Virus record (IMG/VR): IMGVR_UViG_3300045303_000229
Span: 1 to 59,229 of that record
Strand: one strand, 5' to 3'
DNA length: 59,229 nucleotides
From: a virus
Lineage: Duplodnaviria; Caudoviricetes
The position numbers were made by a program, and so were the translations under genes. Below are positions 50,833 to 59,229 of this stretch, piece by piece. How positions within the stretch are numbered: position 1 is the first letter of the stretch; every line of letters starts with the position of its first letter. The notes beneath the pieces are model-generated. The model was given only the letters and a program-made list of their open reading frames with translations. It was not told the origin of the DNA and did no database searches.

Positions 50833-51393
50833 TCAATTTTGGTCATGGTTTTGGCTCGGTGTACCACTACTGACGGCATCGGGGCCCATGTGCCTGGAGT
50901 CCGATCGTCGGTACAGTTCTCGTTGTAATTCCTGAAGCGTGCGCTCTAGCTCAGAGCGTGAGCGCTCTAGCACATCGATGCGGTTCGCATCCCTACCCTC
51001 ACCGAAACCCCGCGAAAACATGAACGCCCCCAGGACTAGGAGGGCCGACAGAGCCCCGCCCAGCACCCAGTTTCGTAACCGATGCATGTCGCGCACAACC
51101 CCGCGGAGCTCGACGATCTCCGTCGGGGTCATCATGATCTGCGAGAACTGTTCGGCCTGCTGCCTCGCTCCCGCATCGCTGTCGTCCAGCCGACTCTTCA
51201 CGTAGCGCAGGAGTTGCGCGATCTCCCCCTTGGTCGCAGGGGTGTCCGGATCGTCAAAAACTGGCGTCTTTCCGCTCTCATCGACCCTGCGGTCGCGGTT
51301 GATCGACAGCGTCATTGCGGCGCGCGAGTACCGCGGCGGTGTCGTGCCGCCATCGTCCGAATCGTCGTCGTAGTCGCTCACGGGACCAACCAT
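50833..51393 (-). CDS. Single-TM coiled-coil protein (lysis accessory?)
   Basis: WVLGGALSALLVLGAFMF transmembrane segment flanked by coiled coils. Confidence 0.55.
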   Translation of the reverse strand: MVGPVSDYDDDSDDGGTTPPRYSRAAMTLSINRDRRVDESGKTPVFDDPDTPATKGEIAQLLRYVKSRLDDSDAGARQQAEQFSQIMMTPTEIVELRGVVRDMHRLRNWVLGGALSALLVLGAFMFSRGFGEGRDANRIDVLERSRSELERTLQELQRELYRRSDSRHMGPDAVSSGTPSQNHDQN

Positions 51394-52754
51394 CTCTGAC
51401 CGATCGCTGGCACGGATACGCCAGCCGGCGCGCGAGCGATCTCAGTGACGCAGCCACCGGAGAGCACGTTCTCGCTGACTCGGACGTCCTTGGCGGTGCC
51501 GCTCCCATCATCAAGTCGGAGCGCGGCGAGTTGAGTGCCTGCCGTGTCTCCCCAGGCGTTCCCGGCGATCTCGAGCTTGGAGATCTTCGCCGAGGTTCCG
51601 GTGAGCCCGGCGATCGCGAGCCCGTACTGCCCGAAGTTGCTCACCGTGTTGCCTCGGACGATCAGGGTCTGCATGTCCTCTGTGGTTATCGTCGGGCGAG
51701 CATAGATGCCAGCCACACCGGCTGTCACCGCACCCGCTCCGGTCATGACATTGCGCGCGATCTCCGTGTTGCGCGAATTGCTCACCACGATCCCGTGGCT
51801 GTGCGATGCCCCAGTTGAGAGCAGGTTGTCGATGATCTGCACGTGATCGGGGACCTGTCCAGTGCCGGTTCCCAGCACGGAGATTATCTGGATCGAGATG
51901 CCGGTGAGCGCGATGTCGTTGTTGGCGATCAGGATGTGATCGCATGACCGGTAGACGGACACGCCTGAATGGTTGGTCGGATTTCTGACCGTATTCCCGA
52001 CGAACACGACATCAGTCGCCCATGCGATTTGAACAGCACCGGTGATAACGTTGTTCGCGATCAGCCACCCATCGCTGCGCCAGCCAGCCCCGCTCCCCGC
52101 TGCGGAGATCGCACTGCCGTTGCTCGCCCCGACGTCCATCGTGCATCCGATGATGCTGACGTCGTTCACGGTGTAACCGGACCCAGGCTCGCTGTCGAAC
52201 GCCTGGACCTTGTTGCCCGTGAACTGCGATCGCGACAGGATCGCGCCGGATGTTCCTCCACCGAACGTGATCCCGTTCCGATCGTTGCTCGTCCCGAGCA
52301 GATCATCGAGCAGGATCCCATTGCTGTTGAACGAGAAGTAGAACCCGTCGCCGGTGAAGTCGCGAGCGGTGACACCTCGTATCACCAGCCCAGCGGCGCC
52401 GATCGCGAACACCCCGGAGCGATGTTCGTCGATCGACTGGTTAGCCTTGTTGCCATCGAGCGTCAGGTCTTGGACGGTGATGCCTGCGCCTCCCAGATAT
52501 AGGAGTCGAGTGCTTGACGGCTGACCAGCCCGCTGTCGAAGGATTGAACCGGCTCGTGACTCACCTCGGAGCCATGTACCAGCCGGAACGTTCAGGTCCC
52601 ATCCAAGCGACCCTACGCTGACAGAGTAGGCGCCAATCGGAAAGTAGACCTCGCCACCGGCACCTGCGGTAAGCGCCGCCTGGATCGCAAGTCGATCGTC
52701 CGTGACACCATCTCCAGTCGCTCCGAAATCCTTGACGTTGACCATGCGATCCAC
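51378..52754 (-). CDS. Right-handed beta-helix tailspike / depolymerase (pectate-lyase-3-like)
   Basis: VNVKDFGATGDGVTDD..AIQAAL...VYFP.G.Y, followed by Asn-ladder repeats. Confidence 0.88.
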   Translation of the reverse strand: MDRMVNVKDFGATGDGVTDDRLAIQAALTAGAGGEVYFPIGAYSVSVGSLGWDLNVPAGTWLRGESRAGSILRQRAGQPSSTRLLYLGGAGITVQDLTLDGNKANQSIDEHRSGVFAIGAAGLVIRGVTARDFTGDGFYFSFNSNGILLDDLLGTSNDRNGITFGGGTSGAILSRSQFTGNKVQAFDSEPGSGYTVNDVSIIGCTMDVGASNGSAISAAGSGAGWRSDGWLIANNVITGAVQIAWATDVVFVGNTVRNPTNHSGVSVYRSCDHILIANNDIALTGISIQIISVLGTGTGQVPDHVQIIDNLLSTGASHSHGIVVSNSRNTEIARNVMTGAGAVTAGVAGIYARPTITTEDMQTLIVRGNTVSNFGQYGLAIAGLTGTSAKISKLEIAGNAWGDTAGTQLAALRLDDGSGTAKDVRVSENVLSGGCVTEIARAPAGVSVPAIGQRWLVP

Positions 52755-52760
52755 TCTCTT

Positions 52761-53567
52761 TCAAACGAACAGCGGGTTGAATCCGAGCGTTGTAAGCAAG
52801 GTTTTCCATTGCGTGGAAGTTCGCTCCGCAGCCGACCCAAAGAATAGCGCCCCGTACAACAAGGCGCCGGGTGGGTGCGCGACAGCCGACGACTGCCCCC
52901 ATGTCACCGCCGACCCGGCAGTAAGAGCGGAGAACGTCGAGGTGACCTTCTCAGCATCCAGGTACAGGACGTCCAACGAAGCAGTCTTGTTGTGTGTCGG
53001 TACCCACGGCCGAACCGGACCGATGATGTTCACGGCGCCGAGCGCGCTGTTCACCCCTGAGGTGAAACGCGCCACCCCGGTAGCCTGCTGCAGGCCTTGA
53101 CTCATGGTCACCGCACCGGCCGCGAACAGCATCCGGTTGGCGGCTGGTAGCGAAGTCGATGCCCAGTACCAGATTGACGAGAAGCTTGTAGTGGAGAGAT
53201 CTGGAAGGCCGACGTCCGTGGATCCGAATGCACCAGATCCGCCGTCGTTGAAGACCACCGCCTTTCGCGACCATCCGGCGACTGTCTGCGCATATGTGAT
53301 CCCGGTGCCACTTGCGGTAAGCGTGAACGTGCCGATGGAATCCGCCAGGTTTCCGCTCGCCTCTTGGCATAGGTAAAGCGCGCTCGGTCCGCCCGCCGAG
53401 TCACCAGCTGCCGTGAGCAGCGTGGTCCATTCCGCCGCGCTTGCCGGGGTATATACGAGCGATGACGAGTCACGCGTAACACCGACGATCCCAGTTGATG
53501 CTCCGGGAGTGACTCCGATAACCGAGTAGATTGTCGGTGTTTGTGTTCCGATCCTCAATCCGATCAT
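52761..53567 (-). CDS. Tail protein with LamG/concanavalin-like domain
   Basis: LYLCQEASGNLADSIG...LT motif typical of LamG-type domain N-termini, Thr/Ser/Gly-rich. Confidence 0.6.
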   Translation of the reverse strand: MIGLRIGTQTPTIYSVIGVTPGASTGIVGVTRDSSSLVYTPASAAEWTTLLTAAGDSAGGPSALYLCQEASGNLADSIGTFTLTASGTGITYAQTVAGWSRKAVVFNDGGSGAFGSTDVGLPDLSTTSFSSIWYWASTSLPAANRMLFAAGAVTMSQGLQQATGVARFTSGVNSALGAVNIIGPVRPWVPTHNKTASLDVLYLDAEKVTSTFSALTAGSAVTWGQSSAVAHPPGALLYGALFFGSAAERTSTQWKTLLTTLGFNPLFV

Positions 53568-54094
53568 CGGCTTGCCTTGCCATGCACCCCAACGCGCACC
53601 TTGCCGCCCGTACCGCCTACTACCACCTTGAGTCTCAGTCTACGTGACCCGAGGTTGCCGACATGGAAGATGGCACCCCCGGCCGTCCCACCGGCGACCG
53701 CGACCGTCGCGGCAGTGGCCACCCATCCGGTACCAGACGTACCGACGATCGCCGTAGATGGGTTCTCGGGGATCCAGTTGCCGGCCGTGCCGTCGAAGTC
53801 GGTCACATCAGGATTCCCTCGGCCATCTACCGGTGAACTGCCAGCCGGAAAGACCGAGTCCTCGACCGTGATCGTCGCAATGATCGCAGCATCGCCACGG
53901 ATGTGGATCGCCACGAGCGGAGCCTCAGCCGGCACCGGTGACTTCGGCGCCCCGACCGGGAAGTAATACGTGGTCCCGCTTGCGAGCGTCACCCCGTACG
54001 TGGCCGGAAGTCCGAGAAAGCTCGCTGGAAAGGCGACGCCGTCGGCGCGTACTGCGTCGATGTTGCTGGAATTCGTGCGATTTAGGTCGGTCAT
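53564..54094 (-). CDS. Virion structural protein (beta-rich)
   Basis: Position in the structural operon and a C-terminal RRLRLKVVV strand. Confidence 0.6.
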   Translation of the reverse strand: MTDLNRTNSSNIDAVRADGVAFPASFLGLPATYGVTLASGTTYYFPVGAPKSPVPAEAPLVAIHIRGDAAIIATITVEDSVFPAGSSPVDGRGNPDVTDFDGTAGNWIPENPSTAIVGTSGTGWVATAATVAVAGGTAGGAIFHVGNLGSRRLRLKVVVGGTGGKVRVGVHGKASR

Positions 54095-56775
54095 CGTCGT
54101 GCTCCTTGGCTACGTACTTGCGCCGGGGTAGGCGCGTCGAGAGATTTACGCATCGAGCCGAACTGCGGCTCCGCCTTCGGCGCCTGCGTTCCACCCGCGC
54201 TCCCTGGCTCGTCGGGGAACTGCGCTTGCAGTACACCGAGCACGCGCGGATGCATCGCTGGAGTGAGCGGTTTGCCGAGGAAGATTCCCAGCGCGAGTTG
54301 GCGCGTATACGGCAGCGGCCTCGTTTTCGAGGCCATCGCGATCATGTACGACTGCTGCAGGTGCCGGCCGCGCTCGGGGTAGACCGCCCAGTATGCAGCG
54401 GCATCCTCTGGCGTGACGGACCCGTGGGCGATGCGGTACTCGACGGACGTCGGATCCTCGACCGCCGCAGCGCTGCGCGCCCACGTTCGCATCTCCATGT
54501 CGCTGGGCTGCCACTTGTCTGGGCCACCGAGAACCATCCCGTAGTCCGGGCGCCGCGGGATCAGGCTGGACAGGTACTCGAGTCGACGCACCGCGAGCGT
54601 CTCGAGTCGATCGGCTGCAATCGGATCCGAGACGCGAATCGGTCGCAACCGGTCCGCGATCGCCTGGCGGGCTGCCGGCCGGACGCGTGGGATCCCACTC
54701 GCGTCATATGCGGTCTGCTGCTTGATCTCGTCGGTCCGCGCCTTGAACAGCTGCGGTAACGTGGTCGGAGCATCGTCGGGCGCCTTACGTGCGGTGCGTG
54801 CCCCGTATGAGACCTGGGAGAGAAATTTCGTCGCGATTGGTGTGGCCTTCTCGAGTTGCGGGGCAATGGCGCCAGCGAACGCGGACACGGCCTCCCCGGT
54901 CCGGCGCGCGATCTTGTTGGCTCCAGCGCGCAGACCTCCAACCGCCTTGCCGCCCATTCCTGAGAGCTCGTTGAGCAGTCCACCCCCGGGGAGGTGGGAG
55001 AGCAGTCTCTCACCCACCGACCTCTCGCGCGGGATCTTGAGTGCCTCTCGCGCGGACTCGATCGCTGCCAGGCGCTCCGACGTAACGGGCTTGACCAATT
55101 CGTTGAATTTCGCTTGCAGGTCGGCATGACGCTGAACCAGTGCCTGCAGTTCGTCCGCATGCTTCACGATCGTCGACGCCTTGAGCCCGTCCTTGATCGC
55201 GCCCCCCTCGCCCCACTGCAGCCCCTGCCGCTCCTTGAGCACGCGCTCCACTGCCCGATCGAGGCCAGACGGAACCCTCGTCACCGGCAGGTTAGACTTG
55301 ACCGGAATAGCGTCCATCGGAGCCCGGTCAGCGACCGACCAGCGTACCTGGATCGGAGCGTCGGCCTCGATCGCCGCAGCGAGACGCATGCGATCTGCAC
55401 CAGACACCAGCGTGTCACCGTTCGCAGCAACTCCGAGGCGAATCGGCTCATGCTGCCACTCTGGCATGGTCTTACGCACGGCCTCTGCTTGAGTCGGGGT
55501 AGTTCGGGAACCAGCGGGCTCGAAGTACCCGCGCGCCCCGACTTCGCGGGCAGCGATGCTCTGCTCGAGTTCCTTGCCAGCTTTCGCCTGATGCGCCTTG
55601 ATGGTCTCGTAGTCGGGAGCCTTCCCGCCCTCACGCCATTCGGCGGTCTTGCCGGGCACCTCGCCCTTGACCTCGCCGGCCAGAATCTGCGCACGGATTT
55701 TCTCGGGCGCCGCGTCGACGTCGGCTTGCCAAGCGATTTTTTGGTGTTCCGCCCATGGGACGATCTCGTCAAGCGCCTGACGCTGCTGCTCGAGCCAGTA
55801 CTGCGCCTTGGCGGGGTTTTCGGCGAGCGCCGCGCGGTTGTCGAGCATCCGGATCATCTTCATGTCCGCCGTGGTGAACGCCTTCCCAGCCTCGAAGACA
55901 TCACGGGATGCACCCTGGGAGGTATCGGTCCCAGCGCGAAGCCAGTAGGTGTCGCGGTTTTGGTTTCGCCACGCGTCGAGATCTCGGACTGCAGCCTCAC
56001 GGATCGGCTTCTGCTCGGCCGCGATGCGCTCCACCTCGGCCGCGTGAGCTAGCGTGAGCTCGGGATCCTTCATCGTCAGCAGATCTGGATTGGTCGCCGC
56101 GATCGCGCGATCCTCGACCGTGCCAGCGAGCCGAGAATCGATCGCGCCCTTGGCCGCCGTCAGCCCGCGCTCAGCTGCCGACATCACGAGCCCAGTCGCT
56201 CCTCCGATGGCTCCGCCGAACAGCACGTTGCTGCCGAGCGTCGATGCCGCGCGCTCCCAGGTCAGCGGATCGCGGTCAAGCGCAAGCTCGCTGACTCCGG
56301 CGCCGGCCCCAAAGATCGCGCCCTCGGTTGCCCCGCCAGCTGCACGCGCGAGTAGCCCGGCACCGAGGCCCTCGGACACGCTAGCGCCCGCTCGCGTAGC
56401 CAGTGAGGCAGGCAGGCTAGCCCCGCCCGAGAGCAGCGCTGGGGCCAGCGCGCCAGCGAGCTCGGCTCCGGTCGAAAGGTAGGGATGCTGGGAGCGCAGC
56501 CCGCTGAGCGTCGAGGCTGCATCCTCACCTCCGAGCGCGCGCGCAGCGACATCGGACAGTCCGAGGGTGGCCCCGCGGAGTCCAGCCGCACCCACCGCAC
56601 CGATGGCCCCACCAACGCCTCCGTAGTCGGCCGTATTTGCTGCCTCGGTGGCGGCGCCGATGATGTCCGTATGGGTCGGGGCCTTCCAGCCCTGAGCGAG
56701 CGCAGCATCGGCTGATTCGGCTGGGACGTCACGGGAAACGCCATACGGGTCGAGTAGGGTGATCGTCCCCGGCAT
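54091..56775 (-). CDS. Large internal virion (ejection) protein
   Basis: 894 aa with Gly/Ala-rich membrane-like N-terminal repeats (RGATLGLSD, GATEGAIFGAG). Confidence 0.72.
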   Translation of the reverse strand: MPGTITLLDPYGVSRDVPAESADAALAQGWKAPTHTDIIGAATEAANTADYGGVGGAIGAVGAAGLRGATLGLSDVAARALGGEDAASTLSGLRSQHPYLSTGAELAGALAPALLSGGASLPASLATRAGASVSEGLGAGLLARAAGGATEGAIFGAGAGVSELALDRDPLTWERAASTLGSNVLFGGAIGGATGLVMSAAERGLTAAKGAIDSRLAGTVEDRAIAATNPDLLTMKDPELTLAHAAEVERIAAEQKPIREAAVRDLDAWRNQNRDTYWLRAGTDTSQGASRDVFEAGKAFTTADMKMIRMLDNRAALAENPAKAQYWLEQQRQALDEIVPWAEHQKIAWQADVDAAPEKIRAQILAGEVKGEVPGKTAEWREGGKAPDYETIKAHQAKAGKELEQSIAAREVGARGYFEPAGSRTTPTQAEAVRKTMPEWQHEPIRLGVAANGDTLVSGADRMRLAAAIEADAPIQVRWSVADRAPMDAIPVKSNLPVTRVPSGLDRAVERVLKERQGLQWGEGGAIKDGLKASTIVKHADELQALVQRHADLQAKFNELVKPVTSERLAAIESAREALKIPRERSVGERLLSHLPGGGLLNELSGMGGKAVGGLRAGANKIARRTGEAVSAFAGAIAPQLEKATPIATKFLSQVSYGARTARKAPDDAPTTLPQLFKARTDEIKQQTAYDASGIPRVRPAARQAIADRLRPIRVSDPIAADRLETLAVRRLEYLSSLIPRRPDYGMVLGGPDKWQPSDMEMRTWARSAAAVEDPTSVEYRIAHGSVTPEDAAAYWAVYPERGRHLQQSYMIAMASKTRPLPYTRQLALGIFLGKPLTPAMHPRVLGVLQAQFPDEPGSAGGTQAPKAEPQFGSMRKSLDAPTPAQVRSQGARR

Positions 56776-59162
56776 TACTTGGGCCCCGGGAATGTCGGCT
56801 GGACCGGAAGGTCGAATCGCGGAGCCGGAATATCAGGCGATACGGCACCAGGCGGGCCACTGATCGCCTGGATGCGCGCGTGATCAGCGATCTCCGCGAG
56901 AACATCCTTCGCAATCTTCCGGACCGCGGCGGAGTGCGCAGCGTTCGCGGGGTCCTTGGAGGTCAGGCTGGTGAGCGTCTCGATAGCGCTCGCATCACCA
57001 GCGAGAGCCTTGGTGCGCAAGGCCTCCAGCCCATGGCGTTGCAGCGGGCTGATGTCCTTGGTCTCTGCGGCGGCTGCCGTGGCGGCTGCCGTGGCGGAGT
57101 AGGCAACGTCAGGCGGAGCCTGGCCCCACAGAATCGTGCCGTCCGGACCTCGGGGAACGTGATGCTCGGTAGCCTGAAAATTCAGCTCCTGCGCTCGCGC
57201 ATCCGCCACCGATACCGTCGGCTTAGCCTTCAGGACCTCGATAGATTGCTGCTCTGGGCTCGGTTCCGACTTGGGCTGCACGAGGTTCGCTGGCTCCCAT
57301 CTCGCGACAGACTCGCCCTTGGGTAGGACGGCCTTGTTCGCGACCTGCGAGTTGAATCCCTCGACGAGTTGGTGACGGAACGACTTGATTCCGGCGATCG
57401 TGTTGCGGATCTGAGTCGGATCGTTGGTTCCGACCTTCTTTGCTTCGATATCGTAGTCTGATCCGGACATCGCGCCGAGGTGATCATCCTCCTTGGCCTT
57501 GAGAATGATGCTCGCGTAGGTCTGCATGGCGCGCTGCCACTCTGGGGACTTCGCGTAGTCGCTCGAGTACCCGTGCTCCTCCATCATCGAGAGCAACTCG
57601 TCGGTCATGCGCACAACGTCTGAGACGTTGGCCTTGGCGGTGGCAATCGCCGGCTGAACATCCTCGCGGAACTTGATCAACTCTCCCTTGTTGTTCACGA
57701 TTCCAGGGACGGATTGCTTGCGCGCGATCTCGTTCGGATCGTTGGCTCGCTGCGCGGTACGCAGACCCTCGATGTGCTGCCCGGTTTCGAGCCATTTCGT
57801 GTAGTCGGCCTGTGACATCTTGATCGGAGGAACCGGTGGTGGAACTCCGCCCGGTGGCGTGTTGATAGCCGCGAGTTGCGCCGGCTCCCAGACTTGTGCA
57901 TCCGCCTTGGCCTTGCTGCGCTCGATCCCAAGGCGCTGCGCCGCGATCGAGTCCTCGTTGCGTTGGTGCTGGATCGTCGCAAGCGCCACAGCGCGCTCAC
58001 GCTCCTCTTTGATGTCGGCGAGGGTCTCGGTGTGCAGTTCCTTGCGCTGGACCTCACGAGCTTGCGCCTGACGAGCAGCCATCTGCTGCATGCTCGACCC
58101 GATCTCCGCGAACGACGTCCCGCGCGGATCGTAATCCTGTTGCATCGTCGCGAGGTGGTCGAGTGCGACCTGATAGCTCGCTAGGCGCACGGTCTCCGCT
58201 GCCTGATACAGGTTCCCGGTGCGCGCGAACTCCTGCGCCACGGCGCCCTGACGGATTCCGAGACCTGCGCGCTTGTTCTCGATGTCGGTTTTTTGATCGT
58301 CGATGTCCTTGTCAATCGACCCGGTGATCCAGTCCATGCCGGTGTTGCGGCCGCCGTTCGCGCCCTGCAGGAGCCCGCCAAGTAGCGCAACGCCGACGGT
58401 CGCGATCTGGCCCATCAACGACTTGTTGTGGAACCAGCGCCCACGATCCATTGGTGTGTTCGCGAGCTTCATCGCGTCCGCATAGATCGCGTCGGCCTTG
58501 ACCTGTGTGATCGCGTCGGCCTTCTGCCGATCCGCGACGTCCTGCTTGAGGTTGGCAAGATTATTCTCGCTCGCGGCGAGCTGAGCCGCAGCGACATCGG
58601 CGACCTTCCGCTGAGCGAGATGCTGTTTGTAGAGCTCGAAGGCGACCGGATTGTTGATGGACATCTCCATCGCGGCGCGATCGCGCTCCGCCTGGTCCGG
58701 GATGTCCTGCGGGTGAGCAGCGAACTGCTGGACGGTCTGCGCGTAGTGCTGCTCTGGCGTGAGGTTCGGACCGTACCCGGTCTGCCCGAGCGGCAACGTC
58801 GGCACCGGACCGGTGATCGCGTCTGGCGCGGGCGGCACCGGTGGGGACGTCTCGCCGCCGGATCCAACGGGTGGAACACCGAAGTCTCCTGGTCCGCCGA
58901 CCGAGGGCAGACCTTCAACCGGAGGTGCAGGGAATCCGAGCCCAGCGTCCACCGGCATCGGCGGAGGTATTCCGAGATCCGGGGGAGGAGGAACGGCGCC
59001 ATCGAGCGTGGCCGGGCCAACCTCGGCCGGAGGCGTGACTGGAGGCGGAGTGGCATCCGGCGCTGGCGGTGGAGCGAACGCATTCTCGCCCATCCACGGT
59101 GGTGGCGCGGAATCGTAGAGCGGACCGGAGGCCAGCGGATCGTTGGGGTCGAACTCAGGCAT
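56775..59162 (-). CDS. Internal virion (ejection) protein with Pro-rich N-terminus
   Basis: 795 aa with a hydrophobic IATVGVALLGGLLQG segment, I...ID.DID.QK motif and coiled coils. Confidence 0.7.
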   Translation of the reverse strand: MPEFDPNDPLASGPLYDSAPPPWMGENAFAPPPAPDATPPPVTPPAEVGPATLDGAVPPPPDLGIPPPMPVDAGLGFPAPPVEGLPSVGGPGDFGVPPVGSGGETSPPVPPAPDAITGPVPTLPLGQTGYGPNLTPEQHYAQTVQQFAAHPQDIPDQAERDRAAMEMSINNPVAFELYKQHLAQRKVADVAAAQLAASENNLANLKQDVADRQKADAITQVKADAIYADAMKLANTPMDRGRWFHNKSLMGQIATVGVALLGGLLQGANGGRNTGMDWITGSIDKDIDDQKTDIENKRAGLGIRQGAVAQEFARTGNLYQAAETVRLASYQVALDHLATMQQDYDPRGTSFAEIGSSMQQMAARQAQAREVQRKELHTETLADIKEERERAVALATIQHQRNEDSIAAQRLGIERSKAKADAQVWEPAQLAAINTPPGGVPPPVPPIKMSQADYTKWLETGQHIEGLRTAQRANDPNEIARKQSVPGIVNNKGELIKFREDVQPAIATAKANVSDVVRMTDELLSMMEEHGYSSDYAKSPEWQRAMQTYASIILKAKEDDHLGAMSGSDYDIEAKKVGTNDPTQIRNTIAGIKSFRHQLVEGFNSQVANKAVLPKGESVARWEPANLVQPKSEPSPEQQSIEVLKAKPTVSVADARAQELNFQATEHHVPRGPDGTILWGQAPPDVAYSATAAATAAAAETKDISPLQRHGLEALRTKALAGDASAIETLTSLTSKDPANAAHSAAVRKIAKDVLAEIADHARIQAISGPPGAVSPDIPAPRFDLPVQPTFPGPK

Positions 59163-59229
59163 GGGTTACTCGATCACCACTTCATCGGGCCGGATCCCGG
59201 AGGCATGGCCGGCGCGGGCAGCCCCTGTG

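Noticed and set aside
43229-51425. Other TGGCACG occurrences (e.g. ~43233, ~44090, ~49161, ~51408)
   Set aside because: They lie inside coding sequence and lack the GC at the -12 position.

Overview
The window looks like an essentially complete, circularly permuted ~59 kb genome of a GC-rich tailed dsDNA phage. The virion gene set is podovirus-like: scaffold, HK97-type capsid, adaptor, nozzle and large ejection proteins, with no tape measure or sheath. The minus-strand structural operon runs 9154->54 and continues across the window junction 59162->48356 (ejection proteins, beta-helix tailspike, lysis genes with a GH25 endolysin). Portal and large terminase lie divergently on the plus strand. 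The middle ~35 kb holds a replication initiator plus DnaB, a RecE-like/Sak4-like recombination pair, several HTH/RHH regulators, Mom-like and broken C5-MTase-like DNA-modification genes, a SLOG protein and dozens of small hypothetical ORFs. I see no integrase, DNA polymerase, primase or CRISPR array. The most unusual signals are non-coding: (i) three homologous sigma54-type (GG-N10-GC) promoters with identical spacing to ATG, linked to a shared upstream 19-bp/palindromic box, with no phage-encoded enhancer-binding protein; (ii) a full tRNA cloverleaf whose anticodon loop is replaced by a 36-nt structured insert; (iii) a ~490-bp structured-RNA region with a degenerate initiator-like tRNA ahead of a CCCE-motif gene and two paralogous small genes; (iv) a family of apparently leaderless sigma70 promoters sharing a GAAAGT operator-like motif. 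A myxobacterial-type host is plausible (sigma54 use, Cys-rich lipoproteins, high GC) but is inference only. All product calls come from motif recognition by eye, not database searches.
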